A stretch of 45,410 nt of DNA from Betaproteobacteria bacterium (GCA_031428185.1 JANPOW010000248.1:1-45410); one strand, 5' to 3'; numbered from the stretch's first letter, positions 27,863 through 37,884 are shown. Notes: a model not told the origin generated them from the letters alone. Translations and numbers: made by a program.

Positions 27863-29020
27863 TCAGTGCCCACCCCGCGGCATGGTGCCTTCAAGCTTGC
27901 AGATGATGCCCAGCATCACCTCGTCCGCCCCACCGCCGATGCTGGCCAGCCGGCTGTCGCGGTAACTCTGGCTGATCGGGTTGTCCCAGGTAAAACCCAT
28001 GCCACCCCAGTACTGCAGGCAGCTGTCGGCCACCTCGCGCACCAGGCGGCCGCACTTCAGCTTGGCCATCGAGGCCAGCTTGGTCACGTCCTGGCCGCTC
28101 ACGTACAAATCCACCGCGTGGTAGGTCAGGGCGCGCAGCGCGGCCACCTCGGTGCGCAGCTCGGCCAGGCGGAAATGCACCACCTGGTTGTCCAGAATGC
28201 TTTTGCCGAATGCTTTGCGCTCGCGGGTGTAGGCAATGGTCTGGTCAATCAGCAAATCCATGCTGCGCAGGGCGCCGGCGGCGGCAAACAGCCGCTCCTC
28301 CTGGAACTGCTGCATCTGGTAGGCAAACCCCAGGCCCTCTTGGCCGATCAGGTAGCGGCGCGGCACCCGCACGTTGACAAAAAACAGCTGGGCGGTGTCG
28401 GACGAGTTCATGCCCATCTTCTTGATCTTCTGCTTGCTGATACCCAGCGCGTCCATCGGCACGATGATCAGGCTTTTGTTTTTGTGCGGGCCGCCGCTGT
28501 CGCTGGTATTGGCCAGCAGGCAGCACCAGTCGGCTTGCAAGCCATTCGTGATCCACATCTTGCTGCCGTTGATCAGGTAGTCGGCACCGTCATGACTGGC
28601 GCGGGTTTTGAGGGCCGCCACGTCACTGCCGCCGCCCACCTCGCTGACGCCGATGCAGCCCACCATCTCACCGGCAATCGACGGCGCCAGCCACTGCTGG
28701 CGCAACTCATCGCTGCCAAAACGGGCCAGCGCGGGGGTGCACATATCCGTTTGCACGCCGATGCTCATGGGCACACCACCGCAGGTGCAAGCGCCCATGG
28801 CCTCGGCCATCACGGCGGAGTAGCTGAAGTCCAGCCCGGCGCCGCCAAACTGCTCGGGGTATTTGAGGCCCAGCAGGCCCAGCGCACCCAGTTTTTTCAT
28901 CACCGCGTGGGCCGGGTAGGTCTCGGCCGCCTCCCAGGCCGGGACGTGCGGGTTCAACTCTTTTTCGACAAACTTGGTGACGGTGTCGGCCAGGGCGCGG
29001 TGTTCAGCGGTCAGTTGCAT
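27863..29020 (-). CDS. Acyl-CoA dehydrogenase (citronellyl-CoA dehydrogenase AtuD-like)
   Basis: IGVSEVGGGSDVA, NGSKMWITNG, QFQEER, QYWGGMGF, SIGGGADEVM. Confidence 0.9.
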   Translation of the reverse strand: MQLTAEHRALADTVTKFVEKELNPHVPAWEAAETYPAHAVMKKLGALGLLGLKYPEQFGGAGLDFSYSAVMAEAMGACTCGGVPMSIGVQTDMCTPALARFGSDELRQQWLAPSIAGEMVGCIGVSEVGGGSDVAALKTRASHDGADYLINGSKMWITNGLQADWCCLLANTSDSGGPHKNKSLIIVPMDALGISKQKIKKMGMNSSDTAQLFFVNVRVPRRYLIGQEGLGFAYQMQQFQEERLFAAAGALRSMDLLIDQTIAYTRERKAFGKSILDNQVVHFRLAELRTEVAALRALTYHAVDLYVSGQDVTKLASMAKLKCGRLVREVADSCLQYWGGMGFTWDNPISQSYRDSRLASIGGGADEVMLGIICKLEGTMPRGGH

Positions 29021-29064
29021 GGGGTCTCCAGCGGGGGTGTTGGCAGCAAAAGGGGGGTGTGGGG

Positions 29065-29931
29065 TCAGCGCAAGACTTGCGGCCGCACCGCGCGGTGGAA
29101 GCCCTCAAACGGCAGGCTGCGGTTGTGGTCAGCGGTCGGGAACACGGCATGGCCCAGTGAGGCACCACCGTCGATCTGCAGCGTCACGCCGGTGATGAAG
29201 GCCGCGCCGGGCGAGAGCAGAAACACGATGGCCGCGCTGACCTCGGCTTCTTCAGCCATGCGGCGCAGCGGCACGTGTTGTTTCAGGCCACGGATGTGGG
29301 TTTTCATGGCCTCGCCGTAGCTGTCCATGCCGCTGCTGGCAATCCAGCCCGGCGCCACCGCGTTGACCCGCACTCCGGCGTAAGCCCATTCATAGGCTGC
29401 GGTCTGGGTCAGGTTGCTCATGCCGGCGCGCGCCGCGCCGCTGTGGCCCATGGTGGGCATGCCGTTCTTGAAGTCGGCCGTCATGTTGACGATTGCCCCG
29501 CCGTGCTGCAAAAAACACTGGTTGAACAACTCACGCATCATCAAAAAGCCGCCGGTCAGGTTGTTGGCCACCACCGCGTCAAAGCCCTTTTTGCTGATGC
29601 TGGCCAGCGGCGCGGGGAACTGCCCCCCGGCGTTGTTGACCAGGCCGCTGATGGGGCCAGCTTGCAAGGCCTCGGCCACCCCGGCCCGGGCGGCGTCTTC
29701 ATCGCGGATGTCAAACGCCAGCCAGCTGCACTTGCCACCGTCGGTGCTGATTTCATCGGCCACCGCCTGCAACTTGTCGGCCTTGCGGCCCGAGATCACC
29801 AGCTCGGCGCCCAGCGCGGCCAGCTCATGCGCCACGCAGCGGCCAATGCCCGAGCCGCCGCCCGTCACCCAAATCCGTTGGCCGGCAAACAGGCCGGGGT
29901 GGAATACGCTGCGGTAGCTGTTGCCGCTCAT
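29065..29931 (-). CDS. SDR oxidoreductase (AtuB-like)
   Basis: YRSVFHPGLFAG, TGGGSGIG, NNAGGQF, HSGAARAG, VRVNAVAPG; ATG at 29931. Confidence 0.9.
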   Translation of the reverse strand: MSGNSYRSVFHPGLFAGQRIWVTGGGSGIGRCVAHELAALGAELVISGRKADKLQAVADEISTDGGKCSWLAFDIRDEDAARAGVAEALQAGPISGLVNNAGGQFPAPLASISKKGFDAVVANNLTGGFLMMRELFNQCFLQHGGAIVNMTADFKNGMPTMGHSGAARAGMSNLTQTAAYEWAYAGVRVNAVAPGWIASSGMDSYGEAMKTHIRGLKQHVPLRRMAEEAEVSAAIVFLLSPGAAFITGVTLQIDGGASLGHAVFPTADHNRSLPFEGFHRAVRPQVLR

Positions 29932-29975
29932 CGGGCATCCTTTTTGGGGTGAAGCGGAGCAGGGATTGGACGGGC

Positions 29976-29995
29976 GGTTGACGTTAACGTCAACC
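29976..29995. promoter_or_regulatory. LiuR-type operator
   Basis: Perfect 20-bp palindrome GGTTGACGTTAACGTCAACC, just downstream of a minus-strand TTGACC-17bp-CAGATT promoter-like pair (30025-29997). Confidence 0.75.
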
Positions 29996-30238
29996 AAATC
30001 TGACCTAGGTAACTTCCCGGGTCAAACCCGTCCGCTTGCCGCCCGAGCATCGCGCCGCATGGCCGTGCTGCCCATCGGCCGATCCGACGATCCTGCGGCC
30101 CGGTTCTGCGCGGCCGATCCGCCGCAACACCCGGCCGCAACACCCGGCCGGCACCAACCAACCCGCCGTTAGGATGCGGCGCTGCCACTGCCGACCCGTA
30201 CCCGCTGCCCACCCGCGCGGCCAGCCGTCCTGCCCTTG

Positions 30239-30907
30239 ATGCACCTTGATCCAACCCCTGGCCCGCCCATCACCCGCGCTGCAGGCACCAGCCTGCTGCA
30301 GGCGCAGGGCCTGGCTTGCCGGCGCGGCCGGCGCTGGTTGTTCAAAGGCCTGAATCTGCAGTTGCAGCCCGGCAGCATCACCTGGCTGCGCGGCCGCAAC
30401 GGCAGTGGCAAGACCAGCCTGCTGCGCATCCTGGCCGGGCTGTCCACCCCAGCCGATGGCACCGTGCTGCTGGCGGGCCAGCCGCCGACCCAGCGCGCCG
30501 GGGCGCTGCTGTACATCGGCCATGCCAACGCGCTGAAAGACGACCTGACCCTGGCCGAGGCGGTGATATTTCTGGCCCGCCTGCAAGGCCTGGACGACGC
30601 GCTTGCAAGGGCACTGGCGGCATTGCACCGCCTGGGCCTGGCCAACCGCCGCGACGCCCCGGTGCGCACCCTGTCACAAGGCCAGCGCCGGCGTGGTGCG
30701 CTGGCCCGGCTGGCGCTGGACGATCACCCGTGCTGCTGGGTCCTGGACGAGCCGTTTGATGCGCTGGACCAGGACAGCGTGGCCCTGCTGGCCGGCCTGA
30801 TCACCGCCCACGCCGCACGCGGCGGCGCGGTGCTGATGACCAGCCACCAGGCGGTGGACCTGCCCGGCGCGCTGGAATTCGACCTGGAACCCTACCGCAC
30901 AACATGA
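30239..30907 (+). CDS. ccmA: Heme exporter ATPase CcmA
   Basis: GRNGSGKT, YIGHANALK, LSQGQRRR, WVLDEPF, MTSHQ. Confidence 0.93.
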   Translation: MHLDPTPGPPITRAAGTSLLQAQGLACRRGRRWLFKGLNLQLQPGSITWLRGRNGSGKTSLLRILAGLSTPADGTVLLAGQPPTQRAGALLYIGHANALKDDLTLAEAVIFLARLQGLDDALARALAALHRLGLANRRDAPVRTLSQGQRRRGALARLALDDHPCCWVLDEPFDALDQDSVALLAGLITAHAARGGAVLMTSHQAVDLPGALEFDLEPYRTT

Positions 30908-30965
30908 GCCCGCACGGCCGCCCACAAGGCGCATCCACCGCAGTGCGCAGCACAAAGGTTCTCCA

Positions 30966-31634
30966 GTGAGCCACCTGCTGCTCACCGTGGCCAGGCGTGA
31001 CCTGCTGCTGGCCGGCCGGCGCCGCATCGAAGCACTGCTGCCGCTGGGCTTTTTTATCGTCGCTGCGGGGCTGTTCCCCATCGGCGTGGGGCCTGAGCCA
31101 CAAACCCTGCGCCAGATCGCCCCGGGGGTGGTGTGGGTCTGCGCGCTGCTGGCCGCGATGTTGTCGGTCACCCAGATGTTTGCCAGTGACCACCAGGATG
31201 GATCACTGGAGCAACTGCTGCTGGCGCCGGGTGCGCTGGTGGCCATCGTGGGTGGCAAGGTGCTGGCGCATTGGCTCAGCGCAGGCCTGCCGCTGGTGCT
31301 GGCCGCGCCGCTGATCGGCCTGCTGTTTGGCATGCAGGCCAGCGCCATCAGCACCCTGACACTGACGCTGCTGCTGGGCACGCCCATCCTCAGCCTGCTG
31401 GGCGCGGTGGGTGCGGCGCTCACGCTGGGCCTGCGCAGCGGCGCGGCGTTGGTGTTTTTGCTGGTGCTGCCGCTCACCGTGCCGGCGCTGATTTTTGGCA
31501 CCGGCGCGGTGGTGGCGGTGGACGCCGGCCTGCCGGCCCAGGCGCATTTGTCACTGCTGGGCGCCTTGTTGATCCTCACCCTGCTGGGCGCACCACCGGC
31601 CACCGCCGCCGCACTGCGCATCGCGCTGGATTGA
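30966..31634 (+). CDS. ccmB: Heme exporter permease CcmB
   Basis: LFPIGVGPE, IAPGVVWV, DHQDGSLEQLLL, LPLTVPALIFG. Confidence 0.95.
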   Translation: MSHLLLTVARRDLLLAGRRRIEALLPLGFFIVAAGLFPIGVGPEPQTLRQIAPGVVWVCALLAAMLSVTQMFASDHQDGSLEQLLLAPGALVAIVGGKVLAHWLSAGLPLVLAAPLIGLLFGMQASAISTLTLTLLLGTPILSLLGAVGAALTLGLRSGAALVFLLVLPLTVPALIFGTGAVVAVDAGLPAQAHLSLLGALLILTLLGAPPATAAALRIALD

Positions 31635-31692
31635 GCAGTGGCAGGCGGGCCGCCGTGTCTTGCGACAATCCGGGTTGACCTGATACCCGCTG

Positions 31693-32442
31693 ATGCCGCC
31701 CACCTTCACCACCTACGCCGCGCCATCGCGTTTCTACGCGCTGGCTGGCACGTTGATCCCCTGGTTCTGGGCGCTTGCGCTGCTCAGCGGCGCGGCCGGC
31801 CTGTACACCGGTTTTGCCATCGCGCCAACCGATTTTCAACAGGGTGACGCCTACCGCATCATCTTCATCCACGTGCCTGCGGCCTGGATGTCGATGCTGA
31901 TCTACCTGGTGATGGCCTTTTGGGCCGCGTGGGGCTGGATGCTGAACGCCCGCATGGCGGCGATGTATGCCCGCGCCCTGGCGCCCACCGGCGCGCTGTT
32001 CACCGTCATCGCACTGTGGACGGGTGCGCTGTGGGGCAAGCCCACCTGGGGCACCTGGTGGGTGTGGGACGCCCGGTTGACGTCTGAGTTCATCCTGCTG
32101 CTGATGTACGGCGGCTACATCGCCCTCACCGAAGCCATTGACGACCCCAAACGCGCTGCCAACGCCGGCGCGTTGCTGGCCCTGGTGGGCGCGGTCAACG
32201 TGCCCATCATTTATTTTTCAGTGCGCTGGTGGAACACTTTGCACCAGGGCTCATCCATCAGCATGACGGCCGCACCCAAGATGGCCAGCACCATGCTCAC
32301 AGCCATGCTGCTGATGACGCTGTGCTTCTGGGCCTACAGCGTTGCCGTTGTTTTTGCCCGCGCCAGGGCACTGGTGCTGGAGCAGGAATCCGACACCGAC
32401 TGGGTCAAGGCCCTGACCTCTGCGCGCACCGCACACGGCTGA
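31693..32442 (+). CDS. ccmC: Heme exporter CcmC
   Basis: IHVPAAW, WGKPTWGTWWVWDARLT (WWD domain), WWNTLHQ. Confidence 0.96.
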   Translation: MPPTFTTYAAPSRFYALAGTLIPWFWALALLSGAAGLYTGFAIAPTDFQQGDAYRIIFIHVPAAWMSMLIYLVMAFWAAWGWMLNARMAAMYARALAPTGALFTVIALWTGALWGKPTWGTWWVWDARLTSEFILLLMYGGYIALTEAIDDPKRAANAGALLALVGAVNVPIIYFSVRWWNTLHQGSSISMTAAPKMASTMLTAMLLMTLCFWAYSVAVVFARARALVLEQESDTDWVKALTSARTAHG

Positions 32443-32461
32443 TTTTTTTGATGGACACGGT

Positions 32462-32638
32462 ATGAACTGGCAATCCCTGGATCAATTCCTGCACATGGGC
32501 GGTTATGGCCTGTACGTGTGGGGCGCATATGGCGTCACGCTGCTGGTGCTGCTGGCCGAGGTGCTGGCCGTGCGCCGCCGCCAGCGGCTGGCGTTTGCCA
32601 GCGCCCGCGCTGAAGCGCTGCACGGGGCCGCAGCATGA
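32462..32638 (+). CDS. ccmD: Heme exporter CcmD (58 aa, not in the ORF track)
   Basis: Own translation MNWQSLDQFLHMGGYGLYVWGAYGVTLLVLLAEV...; MGGY..YVW..YG signature; ATGA overlap with ccmE. Confidence 0.92.
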   Translation: MNWQSLDQFLHMGGYGLYVWGAYGVTLLVLLAEVLAVRRRQRLAFASARAEALHGAAA

Positions 32639-33108
32639 AGCCGCGCCACAAAAGTGCGGCCATCGTGCTGGGAGTGTTGTCGGCCGTGGGCGTGGCGGTG
32701 GCGCTGGTGCTCAACGCCTTCAACAGCAACCTGGTGTTTTTCTACACCCCGGCGCAGATCGTGTCCAACGAGGCACCGCAGGGCCGCACCTTCCGCGTGG
32801 GCGGGCTGGTGCAGGCCGGCAGTGTGGTGCGTGATGGCGTCACCGTGCGCTTCAAGGTCACCGACACCATCCAGACTGTGCCGGTGCGTTTTGAGGGTGT
32901 GCTGCCCGATTTGTTCAAAGAGGGCAAAGGTGTGGTGGCGCAAGGCCAACTGGGCAGTGACGGCGTATTTGCCGCCCGCGAGGTGCTGGCCAAACACGAC
33001 GAAAACTACATGCCGCCCGAAGCCGCCGACGCGCTGCAACGGGCCGACAAGATGCGCGCCAAGATGGGCGGCACGCTGGCCGCACCGTCAACCGGAAGCC
33101 AAAAATGA
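32635..33108 (+). CDS. ccmE: Heme chaperone CcmE
   Basis: LVFFYTP, RVGGLV, LPDLFKEGKGVV, LAKHDENYMPPE. Confidence 0.96.
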   Translation: MKPRHKSAAIVLGVLSAVGVAVALVLNAFNSNLVFFYTPAQIVSNEAPQGRTFRVGGLVQAGSVVRDGVTVRFKVTDTIQTVPVRFEGVLPDLFKEGKGVVAQGQLGSDGVFAAREVLAKHDENYMPPEAADALQRADKMRAKMGGTLAAPSTGSQK

Positions 33109-35111
33109 TCCCAGAACTGGGCCACCTGATCCTGATCCTGGCGCTGGCCACTGCGCTGGTGCAAGGCGTGTTGCCGCTGCTCGGCGCGCAAATCGGCCGC
33201 GCTGACTGGATGGCGCTGGGCCGGCCCACCGCCTACCTGCAACTGCTGCTGGTGGCGCTGTCGTTTGTCTGCCTCACCGCATCCTTTGTGCAGCATGATT
33301 TTTCGGTGCTGTATGTGGCGTCCAACTCCAATTCGGGCCTGCCGTTGCAATACCGCATGGCCGCGGTGTGGGGCGGGCATGAGGGCTCGTTGCTGCTGTG
33401 GGTGTTGATGTTGTGTCTGTGGACAGCCGCCGTCGCGCGCTTCTCGCGTAGCCTACCGACCGTGTTTGTGGCGCGCATCCTGGCCGTGCTGGGCCTGGTC
33501 TCGGCGGGTTTCCTGTTGTTCATGCTGGTCACGTCCAACCCGTTTGATCGCCTGATCCCGGCCGCCGCCGACGGCCGCGACCTGAACCCGCTGCTGCAAG
33601 ACCCCGGCATGGTCATCCACCCGCCCATGCTCTACATGGGCTATGTCGGCTTCTCGGTGGCGTTTGCGTTTGCCATTGCCGCGCTGATCGGCGGCAACCT
33701 GGACGCCACCTGGGCGCGCTGGACCCGGCCCTGGACATCCGCCGCCTGGGTCTTTTTGACCTTCGGCATCGGTCTGGGCAGCTGGTGGGCCTACAACGAG
33801 TTGGGCTGGGGCGGTTGGTGGTTTTGGGACCCGGTTGAAAACGCGTCCTTCATGCCCTGGCTGGTGGGCACCGCGCTGATCCACTCGCTGGCCGTCACAG
33901 AGAAACGCGGTGGCTTCAAGGTCTGGACCGTGCTGCTGGCCATCCTGGCGTTTTCGCTCTCGCTGCTGGGCACGTTTTTGGTCCGCTCGGGGGTGTTGTC
34001 GTCGGTGCATGCGTTTGCCACTGACCCACGCCGCGGCCTGTTCATCCTGGTCTTTTTGGTGATCGTGATCGGCGCGTCGCTGCTGCTGTATGCCTGGCGC
34101 GCGCCCAGCGTGGGCCTGGGCCAGCGCTTCGGCCTGTTCAGCAAGGAGAGCATGCTGCTGGTCAACAACATGCTGCTGGCCGTGGCCTGCGCTGGTGTGC
34201 TGCTGGGCACGCTGTACCCGCTGTTTTTGGACGCGGTGGGCGGCGGCAAGATCTCGGTCGGCCCGCCGTACTTCGACACCGTGTTCACGCTGATGATGGC
34301 GCCGCTGCTGCTGGCCATGGGCATCGGGCCGATGATGCGCTGGAAGCAGGACGACGCCGGCAGCCTGGCGCGCAGGCTGCGCGCTGCGTTTGTGCTGGCC
34401 ATCGTGGCCGCACTGGCCACCGGCTGGCGGATGGGCCGCATCAGCCCGGCCACCACCGGCGGGCTGTTTTTGGCCTACTGGATCGTGTTCACCATCGCCA
34501 CCGATCTGGTGGAGCGCCTGCGCCCCAAGCGCGGCCTGGGCGGCAGCGTGCTGGGCCGCGCCCGGCTGCTGCCGCGCGCCATGATCGGCATGATGATTGC
34601 GCATGCCGGGGTGGCGGTATTTGCGCTGGGTGTGGCCATGGTCAAGACCTACGAGACCGAGCGCGACGTGAAGATGGGGCCTGATACCACCACCAGCGTG
34701 GCGGGTTACCAGTTCCGCATGCTGTCCATCAAGCCGGTGCAGGGCGCCAACTACCAGGCCGCGCAAGGCCTGATCGAGGTCAGCAAGGGCGGCACGCTGG
34801 TCGCCACGCTGTACCCTGAAAAGCGCGTCTACAAAGTGCAGAGCAACCCGATGACCGAAGCCGCCGTGGACAGCAACCTGCTGCGTGATTTGTATGTGTC
34901 GATGGGCGAGCAATTGCCCACCGGGGAGTGGGTCGTGCGGGTGCAGCACAAGCCTTTCATCGCCTGGATCTGGGGCGGTTGCCTGATCATGATGCTGGGC
35001 GGCATCGTGGCGGCCAGTGACCGGCGCTACCGCGCACGCGCCACACGCAGCGCGGCGCTGCCGGCGGGGGTTGGGGCCGGGGTTGGGGCAGGCACGGGGG
35101 CAGGGCAATGA
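33105..35111 (+). CDS. ccmF: Heme lyase CcmF
   Basis: WGGHEGS, HPPMLYMGY, WGGWWFWDPVENAS, SVHAFA. Confidence 0.97.
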   Translation: MIPELGHLILILALATALVQGVLPLLGAQIGRADWMALGRPTAYLQLLLVALSFVCLTASFVQHDFSVLYVASNSNSGLPLQYRMAAVWGGHEGSLLLWVLMLCLWTAAVARFSRSLPTVFVARILAVLGLVSAGFLLFMLVTSNPFDRLIPAAADGRDLNPLLQDPGMVIHPPMLYMGYVGFSVAFAFAIAALIGGNLDATWARWTRPWTSAAWVFLTFGIGLGSWWAYNELGWGGWWFWDPVENASFMPWLVGTALIHSLAVTEKRGGFKVWTVLLAILAFSLSLLGTFLVRSGVLSSVHAFATDPRRGLFILVFLVIVIGASLLLYAWRAPSVGLGQRFGLFSKESMLLVNNMLLAVACAGVLLGTLYPLFLDAVGGGKISVGPPYFDTVFTLMMAPLLLAMGIGPMMRWKQDDAGSLARRLRAAFVLAIVAALATGWRMGRISPATTGGLFLAYWIVFTIATDLVERLRPKRGLGGSVLGRARLLPRAMIGMMIAHAGVAVFALGVAMVKTYETERDVKMGPDTTTSVAGYQFRMLSIKPVQGANYQAAQGLIEVSKGGTLVATLYPEKRVYKVQSNPMTEAAVDSNLLRDLYVSMGEQLPTGEWVVRVQHKPFIAWIWGGCLIMMLGGIVAASDRRYRARATRSAALPAGVGAGVGAGTGAGQ

Positions 35112-35632
35112 AGCGATTCCTGCTGCCGCTGGGCCTGTTTCTGGTGCTGGCCGCCTTCCTGGCCGTGGGCCTGCGGCTGGACCCGCGTGAAGTGCCGTCG
35201 CCGCTGATCGGCAAGCCCGCGCCGGCTTTCCAGGCCACAGCACTCGCCCGGCCCGAGGCCACCCTCAAGCGCGACGATCTGCTGGGCAAGGTGTGGGTGC
35301 TCAATGTCTGGGCGTCATGGTGTGGTGCCTGCCGGGATGAACACCCGGTGCTGGTCGGCTTTGCCAAAAAAGGCCTGGTGCCCATCTACGGCCTCAACTA
35401 CAAAGACCAGCGTGCTGAGGCCTCAAGCTGGCTGCAGCGCTTTGGCAACCCCTACACCGATTCGCTGTTTGACCCGGACGGCCGCATCGGCATCGACTAC
35501 GGCGTCTACGGTGTGCCCGAGACTTTTGTAATCGACCGCGCCGGTGTCATCCGCTACAAACACATCGGCCCCATCACGCCCGAGGTGCTGCGCGACAAAC
35601 TGGAGCCGCTGCTGCGGATGCTCAATGCGTGA
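35108..35632 (+). CDS. ccmG: Thiol:disulfide oxidoreductase CcmG/DsbE
   Basis: WASWCGAC, GLNYKD, GVYGVPETF. Confidence 0.95.
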   Translation: MKRFLLPLGLFLVLAAFLAVGLRLDPREVPSPLIGKPAPAFQATALARPEATLKRDDLLGKVWVLNVWASWCGACRDEHPVLVGFAKKGLVPIYGLNYKDQRAEASSWLQRFGNPYTDSLFDPDGRIGIDYGVYGVPETFVIDRAGVIRYKHIGPITPEVLRDKLEPLLRMLNA

Positions 35633-36089
35633 GCGGCTGCTGTCGGGCCTGTGCAGGCTGCTGCTGCTGTGCGGCGTGTTGGCCGTCGGCCTGGCCACCC
35701 AGGCCACCGAGGCACCGCCCGTTGCCCAAGACCCGGCAATAGAGGCCCGCATGATGCTGCTGGCCGCAGAACTGCGCTGTCTGGTGTGCCAGAACCAGAC
35801 CATTGCCGATTCACATTCCGGCCTGGCCGATGACCTGCGCCGCCAGATCCGCGAGATGCTGGCCAAGGGCCAGACCGACGACCAGATCCGCGACTACATG
35901 ACCCAGCGCTACGGCGATTTTGTGCTCTACAACCCGCCTTTCAAGGCCAGCACCGCACTGCTGTGGGTAGGGCCGGCGCTGCTGATGGCGGGCGCCCTGG
36001 GCACGCTGTTTGTGGTGCTGCGCCGCCGCCAGCGCCTGGGCGCTGATGCGTTTGACCCCGACACGCCCGGAGACGACGACCCGCGATGA
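35625..36089 (+). CDS. ccmH: CcmH
   Basis: LRCLVCQNQTIADS, RYGDFVLYNPP; ATG at 35625. Confidence 0.95.
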   Translation: MRERLLSGLCRLLLLCGVLAVGLATQATEAPPVAQDPAIEARMMLLAAELRCLVCQNQTIADSHSGLADDLRRQIREMLAKGQTDDQIRDYMTQRYGDFVLYNPPFKASTALLWVGPALLMAGALGTLFVVLRRRQRLGADAFDPDTPGDDDPR

Positions 36090-37336
36090 GCCGCCTTGAT
36101 ACCTTGAAGGGCCAACTCGCCCAGTTGGATGACTTGGTGCGCAGCGGCGTGTTGACAGGTGATGCGGCGCACCAGGCGCGTGACAAGTTGGAAGCTGAGG
36201 TGCTGGCCGCCGTGGCGCCAGCAGTCGGCACGGTTGGCACGGTTGGCACGGTTGGCACGGCTGCTGCCGCAACCGCAGGCGCCGCGCCGGTGCAGCCCGA
36301 CAACACCGGCCCATCACGCCGGTTGGTGCTGGGCTTGGTGGTGTTTGTGCTGGCCTTTGGCGCTGCAGGTTATGCCTGGCTGGGCAACCCTGCGGCCTTG
36401 GCCGTGGCGCCTGGACAAACCGGTACAACAGCCGCCGCAGGCACTGAGCAGGCGCCCGACCGGACCCAGTTCGAGGCCATGACCGCACGCCTGGCCGAGC
36501 GCCTCAAGGCCAAGCCGGACGACGCTGAAGGCTGGTCCATGTTGGGCCGCTCGTACTGCGTGCTGGATCAATTCCCACAGGCGCTGGAGGCGTTCAAGCA
36601 GGTCATCATGCTGCGCCCGCAAGACGCGCAAGGTTATGCCGACATGGCCGACGCACTGGGTATGGCCAGTGGCCGCAAGCTGGGCGCCGAATCCGAAAAA
36701 TTGCTGGCCAAGGCGCTGCAACTGGACCCGGATAACGTCAAGGCCCTGGCGCTGCTGGGCACCCTGGCGCTGGACCGGGGTGATGCTGCCGGCGCCACCA
36801 AACAGTGGGAACACGCACTGCGCAAGACCGAGCCCGGCAGCGAGATGGCCAGCCGTTTGCGCAGCGGCATTGATGACGCGCGCCAGCGTGCCGGCTTGCC
36901 TGCATTGCCTGCACTTGCGGCAGCACCGGCAGCAACGCCCAGCATGGCGGCTGCACCTGCAGCATCTCCCGCAGCGTCGGCTGCCGGAGGCACCGTGCAA
37001 GTGCACATCAGCCTGGCCCCGGCACTGGCCGCCAAGGCCGCGCCAGCCGACACGTTGTTCATCTTTGCCCGTGCCGTGCAGGGCCAAGGCGCCAAAGCCC
37101 CACTGGCCATCCAGCGCCGTCAGGTCAAGGATTTGCCACTCACCCTGACACTGGACGATTCCATGGCCATGAGCCCGGCGCTGCGCCTGTCGGGCGTCAG
37201 CCAGGTGGTGGTGGGGGCGCGCATCAGCAAGAGTGGCAACGCCATGCCGCAGCCGGGTGATCTGCAAGGCCTGACACCCACTGTCGCGGTGGGCGCGAGT
37301 GGCCTGCAATTGCAGATCAACCAGACCCTGCCTTGA
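36086..37336 (+). CDS. ccmI: TPR-containing CcmI
   Basis: TM segment, PDDAEGWSMLGRSY TPR, C-terminal LDDSMAM...VGARISKSG.A.PQPGDL domain. Confidence 0.9.
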   Translation: MSRLDTLKGQLAQLDDLVRSGVLTGDAAHQARDKLEAEVLAAVAPAVGTVGTVGTVGTAAAATAGAAPVQPDNTGPSRRLVLGLVVFVLAFGAAGYAWLGNPAALAVAPGQTGTTAAAGTEQAPDRTQFEAMTARLAERLKAKPDDAEGWSMLGRSYCVLDQFPQALEAFKQVIMLRPQDAQGYADMADALGMASGRKLGAESEKLLAKALQLDPDNVKALALLGTLALDRGDAAGATKQWEHALRKTEPGSEMASRLRSGIDDARQRAGLPALPALAAAPAATPSMAAAPAASPAASAAGGTVQVHISLAPALAAKAAPADTLFIFARAVQGQGAKAPLAIQRRQVKDLPLTLTLDDSMAMSPALRLSGVSQVVVGARISKSGNAMPQPGDLQGLTPTVAVGASGLQLQINQTLP

Positions 37337-37377
37337 TCGATTGCTGTCGTGATGGTCCGACAACCGAAGGAGCCACC

Positions 37378-37884
37378 GTGAGCCAAGCCAAGCTGCCGTC
37401 CACCTGTGATCTGTGTGATGTGTACAAGCTCGACACCAGCGGCGCCTTCCGCGTGCTGCCAGCCGTGTTCAAGGCCTTCGGCGCGCGGGCCGCATTTGCC
37501 GGGCTGGTCAGCACCGTCAAATGCCATGAGGACAACACCTCGGTCAAAGCGGCGGTTGAATCCCCCGGCCACGGCCGCGTGCTGGTGGTGGACGGTGGTG
37601 GATCATTGCGCCACGCGCTGGTGGGCGGCAACCTGGCTGCGGCTGCCGCCCGCAACGGCTGGGTCGGCCTGGTGGTGGATGGCTGTGTGCGTGACGTGGC
37701 AGAGCTGAACGCCACCCCCATCGGTATCCGCGCATTGGCCTTGCTGCCACTGCCCACCGAGCGCCGCCACGTCGGCCTGGTGGACGTGCCGGTGCAGGTG
37801 CAGGGCGTGGCGGTGCGGCCGGGTGAGTGGCTGCTGGCAGACGCCGACGGCATCGTGGTGATGAAGACGGCGCCCACGCCATGA
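37378..37884 (+). CDS. rraA: RraA family protein (putative HMG aldolase)
   Basis: TCDLCD, KCHEDN, VLVVDGGGSLR, GCVRD, ADADGIVV; AAGGAG RBS and GTG start. Confidence 0.9.
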   Translation: MSQAKLPSTCDLCDVYKLDTSGAFRVLPAVFKAFGARAAFAGLVSTVKCHEDNTSVKAAVESPGHGRVLVVDGGGSLRHALVGGNLAAAAARNGWVGLVVDGCVRDVAELNATPIGIRALALLPLPTERRHVGLVDVPVQVQGVAVRPGEWLLADADGIVVMKTAPTP

